Shown: piece after piece, positions 17,223 to 26,750 of the stretch
How the letters are laid out: each line of letters starts with the position of its first letter
Numbering within the stretch: position 1 is the stretch's first letter
DNA from: an uncultured Bacteroidales bacterium
Lineage (GTDB): Bacteria; Bacteroidota; Bacteroidia; Bacteroidales; JAGOPY01
DNA length: 64,000 bases
NCBI GenBank assembly: GCA_964489545.1
Contig: CAZAZE010000007.1
Location: forward strand, 120,015 to 184,014
Reading direction: 5' to 3'
Program-made: the position numbers and the translations under genes
The notes under the pieces: model-generated
Told to the model about the DNA's origin: nothing
The model's input: the letters and a program-made list of their open reading frames with translations, nothing else
Databases searched by the model: none

Positions 17223-18236
17223 TTAAGCAAATTTCTGGATCAATTCGACCAGGCGGGAGGCATATCCCATTTCGTTATCATACCAGGCGACTACCTTTAC
17301 CAGCTTATGTTTATCACCCAAAACGGCGGTCAGTCCCGCATCAAATACGGCGGAGTGGGTATTGCCGATAATGTCCACCGAAACGATCGGATCCTCAGTG
17401 TACTCCAGGATGCCTTTGAGTCTTCCCCCGGCCGCTTCCCGGAATTTCTGGTTGATTTCTTCTTTTGTCGTGCAATGCTTGAGGGTACAGGTCAGGTCGG
17501 TGAGCGAACCGTCGGGGACGGGCACCCGGATCCCTGCTCCGCCCAGGTTAGCCTGAAGGTGCGGGAATATCCTGCCGGCCGCTTTGGCGGCTCCGGTGGT
17601 TGTAGGCACGATGGAACTGGCTGCGGCGCGGGCCCGGCGAAGGTCTTTATGCGGTGCGTCAAGCAGGTTCTGATCCCTGGTGTAAGAGTGCACTGTCGTG
17701 ATGAAGGCGCGCTCAATGCCCCAGAACTCATCCAGGATCATGATCAGCGGGGCGACGTTGTTGGTGGTGCAGGATGAATTGGAAATAATGACCTCATTGC
17801 GGTCGATCAGATGGTCGTTCACGCCCAGCACGATGTATTTCACGTCATCATGTTCGCCTTTGGCCGGCGCCGAAATGATCACCTTCCGGGCTCCCGATTC
17901 CGTGACGTGACGGATGGCTGCGTCGCGGGTGACAAACTGCCCGGTGGACTCGATCACGACATCAATGGCCAGCTTACGCCAGGGCAGCCGGCCCGGATCC
18001 GCTTCGGAATAAACGCTGATGCCCTGGTTGCCAACGATTAATTGATCCCCCAAAAGGCTGACCGAACCCGGAAAACGGCCATGAACCGAATCGTATTTCA
18101 ACAGGTGAGCCAGCGTTGCGGCGTCTGTCAGGTCGTTGATTGCGACGACCTCGATCTCATCACAAAGCACAAGTCTTCTTAGGGTTATCCGGCCAATCCT
18201 TCCGAACCCATTGATCGCGACCCTGATTTTTTTCAT
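17223..18236 (-). CDS. gap: Type I glyceraldehyde-3-phosphate dehydrogenase
   Basis: INGFGRIGR NAD motif, catalytic SCTTN, WYDNEMGY near the C-terminus, 337 aa. Confidence 0.9.
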   Translation of the reverse strand: MKKIRVAINGFGRIGRITLRRLVLCDEIEVVAINDLTDAATLAHLLKYDSVHGRFPGSVSLLGDQLIVGNQGISVYSEADPGRLPWRKLAIDVVIESTGQFVTRDAAIRHVTESGARKVIISAPAKGEHDDVKYIVLGVNDHLIDRNEVIISNSSCTTNNVAPLIMILDEFWGIERAFITTVHSYTRDQNLLDAPHKDLRRARAAASSIVPTTTGAAKAAGRIFPHLQANLGGAGIRVPVPDGSLTDLTCTLKHCTTKEEINQKFREAAGGRLKGILEYTEDPIVSVDIIGNTHSAVFDAGLTAVLGDKHKLVKVVAWYDNEMGYASRLVELIQKFA

Positions 18237-18245
18237 TGCCCGGAC

Positions 18246-21119
18246 CTATTTAAGAACGACTTTCCTGACCAGTACCCGGTCTTTGCTTACCAGGCGAACC
18301 TGGTATATCCCCTGGGGATTTTGACTAATGTCGGCCATGCCGGTATATTCTCCCAGGTCTGAAGAGTTAAACTGCCCCTGGTATATGGTCCGGCCATGCA
18401 TATCGATGATGCTCATTTCCGCCGCGCCGGCAATGCCTTTCCAGTGAAAATGAAGCTGCCCCGAAGTCGGGTTGGGATAGAGCAGGAATGCGGCGCCATC
18501 TTCCAGTTCATCAACCCCAAAACACTGAGAAAAGTCAAAGGTGATCAACACAGTATCAACGCCCACGCAACCATCCGCATTTTCAACTTCCACCCAGATC
18601 TGCTTGACATCAAACCCGATACCCGTAGATCCAACCGTCACCGAATTGCCCACGGTTCCGTTGGACCAGTAGTAGGTCATCCCGGGGAAATCGACGGAAA
18701 TCTGCACGGTATCGAAGGGGCATACGAGCACGTCGGGGCCAAGGTTAACCGCCGGTTCGGCGGATACGACCACCTCTGTGGATCCCATCATATAATTAAA
18801 GCCATCAAACACCTCGACATGGTAAGTTGTGGTTTCCGCCGGGTCGGCAACAGGGTTTTGATCTATGGAATTAAAGCCCGGCGGGTCGGAAGTCCATTGG
18901 AAGCTATAATCGGGATTGCCACCACTGGGCAAAGCATATAATTGCGTTGATTCTCCTTCGCAGATGAGGTTATCGGCACTCTCGGCGGTAACTGCCAGCG
19001 GGCCGCCGTCGATCACAACGGTGACAAAATCTTCGCCTTCGCTGACACAGCCTGTTGTCAGGTCTGTGATGCTGAGCCGGAACAGGGTTGTCTCATATAA
19101 TTTGACCGTGATCGGGTTCTGCGCGTAGGCGTTGATGAGCTTGTCGGCCGGCTCCCAATGCCAGGAATAATTGCTGGTTCCTTCGGAGCCTGATCCATAT
19201 AGCACGGTGTACGTACCATGATAGATCGTGTCGTTCTCTCCCGCATCCGGTACGGGCAGCGGGAGAACCGTGACCGTGACATTTGCTGTGACTGAGTTAT
19301 AGCCATCGCTGACCATCACATGATACGTCGTGGTGCCATCGGGCTGAACGATCGGGTTGGGCTGATCGGATACAAAGCCCGGCGGGGTCGAGGTCCATGA
19401 ATAGGTATAGTTCTCTGAACCTCCGGAAGGGTAAGCATGGAGTTGTGCAGATGTCCCGAAGCAAATTTCCGGCGGCGAAGCGACAGGTCCGGCATTCAAA
19501 GGCCCACCGGTCACGAACAGCATCATCTGGTCCTGATCCTGGCATCCTCCGGCCAGGTCGGTCACCGTCAGGGTGAAGAGGGTGGTCTGTTCCATCTGGA
19601 GCGTCGTCGGGGTGGCGACGTTCGGATCGACCAGAAGGGCGGACGGTTCCCAGCTGAAAGTATAATCACCGGATCCCTGGGTAGCCGATCCCTGCAGTTG
19701 TGTCGTCGTTCCGTACGGAATGCTCAGGTCAGTTCCGGCGCTGGATTCCGGCCCTTCCACATCGACCCTGATGCTGTCGGTCACCAGCGAGTCGCACAAT
19801 GCCGATACCGTCACGTAATAGGTTGTCGATATCAGGGGACTGACTGAAATATAAGGTGTGGTATCGCCTGTGCTCCACTGAATGGTGTACGGGCCGTAAC
19901 CTATGATGTTTTTGATACCGATCGTGGCGTTGGTTGCGCAATTGATGGTTGTGTCCGGTGTGGTCTGCAGCCCAAGCTTGTAATCGTTGATATTGACCTG
20001 GATCGTATCATAATCGATGCCGCACAGCGAAGAATTATAAACGATCCGCACATACTCCAGTAACTCCGTTAACTCATCGGGTATGGTGACGATGTCGAGG
20101 TAGGACTGACTGTATCCCTGGGGGAAGAACACGGAATCGGGCAGTTCTTCATAATCCACGCCGTTGGTCGCGGTTCCCTCGATAATGATCGGAAGGTAGA
20201 AATCTTCATCCGGCTGGACAGATAAGGTAAACAGGATGGTTGCATCATTACAGCCTTCAATCAGGCCGGTTCCGGATGTCTGTGAAAAGGTCATATTATT
20301 GGAGATACCCACGCTGCTGAAGCTGTTGGCTTCAAGGAAAACGCCGGAATCGTAAATATCGTCCACCCCGTCGCCGATCGCAAGTTTGATGTGGTAGGTT
20401 TCGCAAGGGATCACATTGGCCCAGGCGCTCAACACGGTTGTAAAGGCGTCATATTGAGTGAACTGCTGGTTGTTGTTCACAAAAAACTGGCAATTTGTAC
20501 AGGATGTCTGGCAATTATAAGGATTGCCGCAATTGACCGTGTTGATGGTGACCGGAACGGTAGACAGCGGAATGAGCGCAATGTTCTTGCTGTTGTTGGA
20601 AAACGGCCCGGTTATTCCCGGCCAGCTGATAAAGAAGCCAAAGGCATCGTTATAGGAATTCACATATTCGTGATATTCTTCGGAACCAAATACATAGCGG
20701 AAAGAAACCACATTGGACTGCGGAACGAAATCAAATTCCAGCACGCAGGCATCAAAAGTCGAAACACCAGAGATGGAATTAAGGTCAGGATCGCCGCTTG
20801 TATTCACTCCCTGCCCTGCATTGCCCTGGTTATTGGGCCCCTTTGCTACATTGATGCTCCCGGATGTAAGTATAATTCCTTCCCGGATGCCAATGTTTCC
20901 CGGACCACCCCAGAATTTCCCCCGGGATATGCTGGCTCCGGTGAAGGTAATGTTGCTGGTCTGCACCCCGCCGCCAATCAGAACCTCCTGGACCATCTGG
21001 GCAGGAGTAATGTTATTGGTCACGTTCAGGGTATCGCCATGGGCCCCGGAAGTGACAAAGCTCAATACCAGAAAGGCCACGGCATAGATCAGGGAAGTGT
21101 GAGTCAAACGCTTCATCAT
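18246..21119 (-). CDS. T9SS-secreted multidomain surface protein (choice-of-anchor-L-like N-domain, Calx-beta-like domain, Ig-like repeats, T9SS C-terminal sorting domain)
   Basis: Signal peptide starts at MMKRLTHTSLIYAVAFLVLSF (start 21119). VLEFDFVPQSNVVSFRYVFGSEEY and DSGVFLEANSF motifs. GTATNGVDY (Calx-beta-like). The C-terminal LLYPNPTSGQLHF...GIYQVRLVS...VVLK is a T9SS type-A CTD. Confidence 0.75.
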   Translation of the reverse strand: MMKRLTHTSLIYAVAFLVLSFVTSGAHGDTLNVTNNITPAQMVQEVLIGGGVQTSNITFTGASISRGKFWGGPGNIGIREGIILTSGSINVAKGPNNQGNAGQGVNTSGDPDLNSISGVSTFDACVLEFDFVPQSNVVSFRYVFGSEEYHEYVNSYNDAFGFFISWPGITGPFSNNSKNIALIPLSTVPVTINTVNCGNPYNCQTSCTNCQFFVNNNQQFTQYDAFTTVLSAWANVIPCETYHIKLAIGDGVDDIYDSGVFLEANSFSSVGISNNMTFSQTSGTGLIEGCNDATILFTLSVQPDEDFYLPIIIEGTATNGVDYEELPDSVFFPQGYSQSYLDIVTIPDELTELLEYVRIVYNSSLCGIDYDTIQVNINDYKLGLQTTPDTTINCATNATIGIKNIIGYGPYTIQWSTGDTTPYISVSPLISTTYYVTVSALCDSLVTDSIRVDVEGPESSAGTDLSIPYGTTTQLQGSATQGSGDYTFSWEPSALLVDPNVATPTTLQMEQTTLFTLTVTDLAGGCQDQDQMMLFVTGGPLNAGPVASPPEICFGTSAQLHAYPSGGSENYTYSWTSTPPGFVSDQPNPIVQPDGTTTYHVMVSDGYNSVTANVTVTVLPLPVPDAGENDTIYHGTYTVLYGSGSEGTSNYSWHWEPADKLINAYAQNPITVKLYETTLFRLSITDLTTGCVSEGEDFVTVVIDGGPLAVTAESADNLICEGESTQLYALPSGGNPDYSFQWTSDPPGFNSIDQNPVADPAETTTYHVEVFDGFNYMMGSTEVVVSAEPAVNLGPDVLVCPFDTVQISVDFPGMTYYWSNGTVGNSVTVGSTGIGFDVKQIWVEVENADGCVGVDTVLITFDFSQCFGVDELEDGAAFLLYPNPTSGQLHFHWKGIAGAAEMSIIDMHGRTIYQGQFNSSDLGEYTGMADISQNPQGIYQVRLVSKDRVLVRKVVLK
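18759..19745 (-). repeat. Internal tandem duplication of a ~165-aa two-domain module within the T9SS cargo gene
   Basis: Module A is ...GSGDYTFSWEP...TLFTLTVTDLAGGC...GGPL...PSGGSENYTYSWTSTPPGF...TTTYHVMV. Module B is ...GTSNYSWHWEP...TLFRLSITDLTTGC...GGPL...PSGGNPDYSFQWTSDPPGF...TTTYHVEV. Confidence 0.65.
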
Positions 21120-21183
21120 GATGAAAAGAGTATGTAAGTGATGGAGTTGCCGAATTTTAAAAAATAAAAAACACCCTCGCCTG

Positions 21184-21191
21184 CAAATATA
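21184..21191 (-). promoter_or_regulatory. -7 promoter box TATATTTG (minus strand)
   Basis: The reverse complement of CAAATATA lies 65 nt upstream of the ATG at 21119. Confidence 0.35.
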
Positions 21192-21341
21192 TATAAAATC
21201 ATACCCCAATCAACAACCCCATGTCCAGGTAATACATTTGAACTGATGGCGCCGGCGGCCGAGGGCGGCACAATTTTTTGCCTGAAATCAAGTTTTAATC
21301 GTACTTTTAGAACATTATTTCAAACAAAACAGAAGATTGAT

Positions 21342-22715
21342 ATGGAAGACATTAAAACGTACATTGAAAAAAACAGGCAGCGTTTTCGGGATGAATTGTT
21401 CGGTTTAATCAGGATCCCATCGGTAAGCAGTGACAGCGCGCGCAGGAACGACATGCTGGCAGCGGCCGGATACTGGCGGGATTCCTTGCTGAAGGCAGGA
21501 GCCGATAAGGCGGAAATTTTTCCGACAGCAGGCAATCCGGTGGTTTATGGTGAGAAGATCATCGATCCGGCCAAACCCACCGTGCTGGTTTATGGACATT
21601 ACGACGTCATGCCGGTCGACCCGGTTGAATTATGGCACAGCCCTCCCTTCGAACCCGAGATACGCGACGGAAAGATATTTGCCCGCGGAGCCGATGATGA
21701 TAAAGGTCAGGCCTTTATGCAGGCCAAGGCTTTCGAATACCTGGTCCGTTCCGGCAAGCTCCCATGCAATGTCAAATTCATGATCGAAGGAGAAGAAGAG
21801 ATCGGTTCACCGAACCTGGGCAAATTCTGTGATGATTACAAGCAAATGCTCAGCGCTGATGTGATCCTGGTTTCGGATACCAGCATGATCGCGCCGGACA
21901 TTCCTTCCATAACAACGGGGTTAAGAGGTCTCAGCTACATGGAAGTGGAAGTGACGGGCCCGAACAAGGACCTGCATTCCGGCCTCTTTGGAGGCGCTGT
22001 GGCCAATCCTGCCAACATCCTGGCCGACCTGATCTCTTCGCTGAAAGATAAAAATCAGCGGATCACCATCCCGGGGTTTTATGATGATGTCATGGAAATC
22101 AGCCCGGAAGAACGGAAAAAAATGGCTAAGGCCCCATTCAGCCTGGAAAACTATAAGAAAGCGCTCGACATTGCGGAAGTATGCGGGGAAGAAGGCTACA
22201 CCACGCCGGAGCGCACCGGTATCCGGCCAACACTCGACGTCAACGGCATCTGGGGCGGGTATACCGGAGAAGGCGCCAAAACGGTCATTCCTTCGAAAGC
22301 ATACGCCAAGATATCCATGCGCCTGGTGCCCAACCAGGATTACCGCAGGATCAGCCAGCTCTTTGAAGACCACTTCAAAGCCATCGCCCCGCCTTATGTG
22401 AAAGTTAAGGTTACTGCGCTGCACGGCGGACAGGGATATGTGTCTCCAACCGACATGCCAGCCTACAAAGCGGCGGAGAAAGCCTACATGAAAACCTATG
22501 GCAAAATGCCGGTTCCGGTAAGAAGCGGCGGCAGCATACCGATCATTTCCACTTTTGAAGAAAAACTGGGGATCAAATCCATATTGATGGGCTTCGGCCT
22601 GGAATCAGACGCGATCCATTCGCCGAATGAGAACTATCCCCTGGAACAATTCTTCAATGGAATTGAGACGATCTCCTATTTTTACGAATTCTTCATGGAA
22701 GAACTGATCGCGTAA
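21342..22715 (+). CDS. M20-family dipeptidase (carnosinase/CNDP-like)
   Basis: HYDVMP, GADDDKGQ and EGEEEIGS metal-ligand motifs. I prefer the ATG at 21342 (MEDIKTYIEK). Confidence 0.85.
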   Translation: MEDIKTYIEKNRQRFRDELFGLIRIPSVSSDSARRNDMLAAAGYWRDSLLKAGADKAEIFPTAGNPVVYGEKIIDPAKPTVLVYGHYDVMPVDPVELWHSPPFEPEIRDGKIFARGADDDKGQAFMQAKAFEYLVRSGKLPCNVKFMIEGEEEIGSPNLGKFCDDYKQMLSADVILVSDTSMIAPDIPSITTGLRGLSYMEVEVTGPNKDLHSGLFGGAVANPANILADLISSLKDKNQRITIPGFYDDVMEISPEERKKMAKAPFSLENYKKALDIAEVCGEEGYTTPERTGIRPTLDVNGIWGGYTGEGAKTVIPSKAYAKISMRLVPNQDYRRISQLFEDHFKAIAPPYVKVKVTALHGGQGYVSPTDMPAYKAAEKAYMKTYGKMPVPVRSGGSIPIISTFEEKLGIKSILMGFGLESDAIHSPNENYPLEQFFNGIETISYFYEFFMEELIA

Positions 22716-22749
22716 GGCCCCGCTTCGCGCAGAACGTGACAGCGCACTG

Positions 22750-24519
22750 CTATTCAGCAGATTTGATCAGTTTTAGTGAATGCAGTTCCCCGGCAGTGAT
22801 AATGCCCACCAGGTATATCCCTGCCGGGTATTCTTTTATACCGATCACATGGTTCTCCGTGCCGGCCTGTGCCTGGTACCAGATCCTGCCGGTGAGGTCC
22901 GTGATCACAACCCTGGTGGTGGCGGTGGCTGGAAGGTTGCGGAGTGAAATGATCCCCGATGCCGGATTGGGACTGATTGCCGGAATATCTTCGGATTGAA
23001 TTTCTTCGAACTGACCAGTTGCAGTTATGGTAAAGACCTGTTCTTCAGCAAAAGCCGACCCGGCAAACGCCTGATCGATGGCTTGTACGGACCAGTAATA
23101 TGATCCGGGTTCCAGGTCCTGCACCATGCAGGCAAGGCATTGCCCCGCATTCCCGTTGCGGGAAATGAACCGGTTGCCGGCCGGGCTGCCCGACATCGGG
23201 GATGAGATATTGTAAACACCCGGCGCCGTGCCAATGGCAATATTGTAGGAAAGCCCGCCGGAGGGCGTCTGTCCGTCATCTGCGGCGGTCCACGCCAGGA
23301 ATGCCCTGTCGTCCTCCACTGATGACGTGAGATTTGCCGGCGCTTCGGGCGCAGTATTCACGGTAAAGATGTTCCCTCCGGAATTGTTCCCGTACAAGGC
23401 CGAAAACGGCAAATCATAAACGTTTAGCCCGCAAAGGAAGAAATCTAAGTCGCCGTCGTTGTCATAATCCGCCCAGGAGCCGGCACCGCGGGTGACAGTT
23501 GTAAACGAATCTGAAATCTTAAAAAACAGGTCGTTCCCGTCGTTCCGGTAAATCCCGGATACATAAGCGCCGCATCCGGTCGCTTTACCCGACATCAACA
23601 GATCGACATCGCCATCCTGGTCATAGTCCCCCCAGCTGGCCAGCCCCAGTGCAAAATCATCAATACCCGCGTAGATCAGCTGAAATTGTCCGTCGTCGTT
23701 TTTATATAGGTGAAACCTGGCCTCCAGTGCATCGTCAAAGCCCGACAAGGCCAGATCCGGGTCGCCATCGTTGTCATAATCGACCCAGTCGGCGGTACCG
23801 GCCATCAGGCCCGTCAAGCCGGCCTGGATGTCTTCAAACTGGCCGCTGTTGTTCCGGAAAATCTTGCTCACCGCACCGGCCCCGCTGTCGCCGGTAATTG
23901 CAAGGTCCGGGTCGCCGTCCCGGTCAAAATCCCCCCATGCGGCGGCGGAACTGGAGAAAAAGCCGAAATTCAAACCGGAATCGGTAAAACTGCCCTCCAT
24001 GTTGTAATATACTTTTGCAAACCAGTTCCCGGTAAGGAACACGTCCAGGTCGCCGTCCCCATCGAGGTCAATCCAGTGGGCATCGCCCTGTTGCACGGGT
24101 ACCATGCCCGGGTTGATTTCCGTGAATACATCCCCGTCGTTCCGGTAGATACGGGTCACATCGCCGTTTTCGGAATTGCCTGCCAACAGCAGGTCCTGGT
24201 CGCCATCACGGTCATAATCACCCCAGGAAACGGCGCTTTCCTTCAGCGGCAGGAACGAATGTCCGGCATCCGAAAAAACTCCCGCATCATTCCGGTACAG
24301 CACACTGACCCGGCCATCTCCGCTGCCCAGGCCGCTCACAAAAAGGTCAAGGTCGCCATCCCGGTCGTAATCGCTCCAGGCGACGGCACTTCTTCCGGCA
24401 GGAGAAAAAGGAACAGCTACCTGCTCAAAAAGCTGTCCGTACAGGTACATTGAAAGCGACAGCAGGAAACCGGTGAGGCCGGAGACCAGGAATTTTCGCA
24501 TTCCAGAGTGTGGAGTCAT
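22750..24519 (-). CDS. T9SS-secreted FG-GAP/VCBS seven-repeat beta-propeller protein with an FN3-like domain and a T9SS C-terminal sorting domain
   Basis: Seven repeats of W.DYD.DGD.DL..(S/T/A)G. An FN3-like segment (APEAPANLTS...). CTD ISPNPASGIISL...GIYLVGII...LKLIKS. An alternative start at 24501 (MRKFLV) begins the signal peptide. Confidence 0.75.
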   Translation of the reverse strand: MTPHSGMRKFLVSGLTGFLLSLSMYLYGQLFEQVAVPFSPAGRSAVAWSDYDRDGDLDLFVSGLGSGDGRVSVLYRNDAGVFSDAGHSFLPLKESAVSWGDYDRDGDQDLLLAGNSENGDVTRIYRNDGDVFTEINPGMVPVQQGDAHWIDLDGDGDLDVFLTGNWFAKVYYNMEGSFTDSGLNFGFFSSSAAAWGDFDRDGDPDLAITGDSGAGAVSKIFRNNSGQFEDIQAGLTGLMAGTADWVDYDNDGDPDLALSGFDDALEARFHLYKNDDGQFQLIYAGIDDFALGLASWGDYDQDGDVDLLMSGKATGCGAYVSGIYRNDGNDLFFKISDSFTTVTRGAGSWADYDNDGDLDFFLCGLNVYDLPFSALYGNNSGGNIFTVNTAPEAPANLTSSVEDDRAFLAWTAADDGQTPSGGLSYNIAIGTAPGVYNISSPMSGSPAGNRFISRNGNAGQCLACMVQDLEPGSYYWSVQAIDQAFAGSAFAEEQVFTITATGQFEEIQSEDIPAISPNPASGIISLRNLPATATTRVVITDLTGRIWYQAQAGTENHVIGIKEYPAGIYLVGIITAGELHSLKLIKSAE

Positions 24520-24543
24520 ATATTACTGATGCTTAGGGACAAA

Positions 24544-26646
24544 TCAATCCTTAAACGCGGCCAGTCCTTCATCCAGGAATTGAACGTATTTTCCGGCATT
24601 GGGTTCAAAACCAATGGGCTTGTTCAGTTCATTTCCTTCATGGTCGAGGATGGCATAGAACGGCTGTGCATTCACGCCAAAACGGGTGATCTGGTAATCG
24701 GTATTTATCCTGCCAATGGTCTTTTTGACCTTACCGTCAAAGGTTGAAGTGACCCATTCGCTTTCCGGAAGTTCGGTGGTTTCATCCACGTACAGCGCGA
24801 CGATCACGAAATCATTCCGGAGTCTTTTGAGCACTTCAGGATCCGACCAGGTATTTTTCTCCATCACTTTGCAGTTGGTGCAGGCATGTCCTTTAATATC
24901 AAGAAAAATGGGTTTATTGAGTTTTTTGGCGCAGGCCATCCCTTGTTCCAGGTCATAATATCCCTGGAGTCCATGGGGCAGACTGAATAGATCAGCATAT
25001 TCCGGTTCTTCGCAGATTCCGGGGTATTCGGCCGTTGCTGTGCTGCCGGAGGAGAGGTTCCGTGTGTTGTCGCGGATGATCTCTTCCAGGTTCCAGGAAG
25101 AATCAGAGGGAAGATAACCTGATACGGCTTTGAGCGGCGCTCCGAGCAATCCAGGGAAAAGGTACAGCACGAAGGTGAAGGAAGCGATGACCAGCAGCAG
25201 GCGGGGAACGGCGATATGGTCGACGGGGCTGTCGTGGGAGAAGCGGATCTTCCCGAGCAGGTATAAGCCCATCAGAGTGAAGAGCACGATCCATATCCCG
25301 ATATAGACTTCGCGGCTGATTCCCCATCCCAGCACCTGGTTGGGGACGAGCAGGTATTTCATCCCGATGGCCAGGATGAGGAATGCCAGGACCACTTTCA
25401 CGGAATTGAGCCATCCGCCGGAGCGCGGCATTTTATTGAGGAAAGAGGGGAAGAAGGCCAGCAGGGTGAATACCAGGGCGAATGCCAGGGAGAACCCGAA
25501 CATTCCTACGATCGGTTTGACGACCTCACCGGTGGCCGCTTCGACGAGGATACCTCCGACGAACGGTGCGGTGCAGGAAAAGGAGACCAGCACCAGGGTC
25601 AGGGCCATGAAAAACGCGCCGATATACCCGCCCTTGTCGGCCTGGCGGTCGGATTTGTTGGTGAGCCATGAAGGAAGCACCATTTCGAACATGCCGAAGA
25701 ACGATGCGGCGAAGGTGGCGAAGAGCAGGAAGAAGACCAGGTTGGTGATCCAGTGCTCGCTGACCTGCTTGATGGTGTCGGCCCCGAAAATGGCGGAGAC
25801 CAGCACTCCGATAAATGTATAGATGAAAATAATGGAAAATCCGAATACCAGTGCCTGGCTTTTGGCTTTGAGCTTATTCTGGCTCGCATTCATAAAGAAG
25901 GTCACCGTCATGGGGATCATGGGATAGACGCAGGGCGTAAGCAATCCGATAAAACCCACCCCCAGGGCGATGAAAAAGAAGGCCCAGAGGGAGGTTTCGT
26001 CAGTTTGCTCTTTTGTTTCAGAAACAGTTACCGGTTCCTGCAGGATTTCCACCGTCTGGGCGGAGGACTGTTCTGCTTCCCCAGGCACGGCCTCATGCCC
26101 TGCCGGTTCGACTGCAGGTTCGGTGCCAGTTCCGGTCGTTTCAACAGCCGGTGCAGCGCCGGCCGGCTGATCCGCCACCTTTGGCGCGCCGGGCAGGTCG
26201 AATGCAAACTCTACGTACTCCGGAGGCAGGCAGCGGCTGTCGTCGCAGGCCATGAATTCCAGTTCCCCGGTGATCCGGAACGGACCGGCCGCCTTCATCC
26301 TGACCTTTTGAACGAACTCCGCTCCGTTATCGAAATACCGCAGATCCATCTCAAAGGCCTTGTCGTATTTTTCAATGGCAACCGGTGTTTTCAGGCTGCC
26401 AACCAGTTCATAATCATTGGATGGATTGAATTTGAACGAAGTCGGAATGGGCCCGCCTTCCGGGATATCCGTGGCATAGACATGCCATCCCCTGTCGATT
26501 TCCGCCTTCAGGATCAGTTCATATTCCTGGTCATTGACCTTCCTGGAATCGAATGACCACTTCACCGGCTGAAGAATTTGTGCAGTTAATTGAAATCCAG
26601 CAGTTACAAGTATTGCCGCAATGACTAATAATGTCCTTTTCATCAT
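24544..26646 (-). CDS. dsbD: DsbD-family thiol:disulfide interchange protein (N-terminal DsbD-alpha-like domain, CcdA-type TM core, C-terminal thioredoxin fold)
   Basis: TM1 motif LTPCVYPMIP, a second TM Cys (SFSCTAPF) and a C-terminal CTNC thioredoxin motif. I prefer the start at 26646 (MMKRTLLV). Confidence 0.85.
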   Translation of the reverse strand: MMKRTLLVIAAILVTAGFQLTAQILQPVKWSFDSRKVNDQEYELILKAEIDRGWHVYATDIPEGGPIPTSFKFNPSNDYELVGSLKTPVAIEKYDKAFEMDLRYFDNGAEFVQKVRMKAAGPFRITGELEFMACDDSRCLPPEYVEFAFDLPGAPKVADQPAGAAPAVETTGTGTEPAVEPAGHEAVPGEAEQSSAQTVEILQEPVTVSETKEQTDETSLWAFFFIALGVGFIGLLTPCVYPMIPMTVTFFMNASQNKLKAKSQALVFGFSIIFIYTFIGVLVSAIFGADTIKQVSEHWITNLVFFLLFATFAASFFGMFEMVLPSWLTNKSDRQADKGGYIGAFFMALTLVLVSFSCTAPFVGGILVEAATGEVVKPIVGMFGFSLAFALVFTLLAFFPSFLNKMPRSGGWLNSVKVVLAFLILAIGMKYLLVPNQVLGWGISREVYIGIWIVLFTLMGLYLLGKIRFSHDSPVDHIAVPRLLLVIASFTFVLYLFPGLLGAPLKAVSGYLPSDSSWNLEEIIRDNTRNLSSGSTATAEYPGICEEPEYADLFSLPHGLQGYYDLEQGMACAKKLNKPIFLDIKGHACTNCKVMEKNTWSDPEVLKRLRNDFVIVALYVDETTELPESEWVTSTFDGKVKKTIGRINTDYQITRFGVNAQPFYAILDHEGNELNKPIGFEPNAGKYVQFLDEGLAAFKD

Positions 26647-26670
26647 AATTAGCTTGGAAATTGAAAGTCG

Positions 26671-26678
26671 CAAAAATA
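26671..26678 (-). promoter_or_regulatory. -7 promoter box TATTTTTG (minus strand)
   Basis: The reverse complement of CAAAAATA lies 25 nt upstream of the ATG at 26646. Confidence 0.35.
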
Positions 26679-26750
26679 CAAAATATGGCAAAGCGAAAAG
26701 GCTGCAATCCGCTATTTATACAGAAATCTAAATAGCTAACCGTTTGATAG

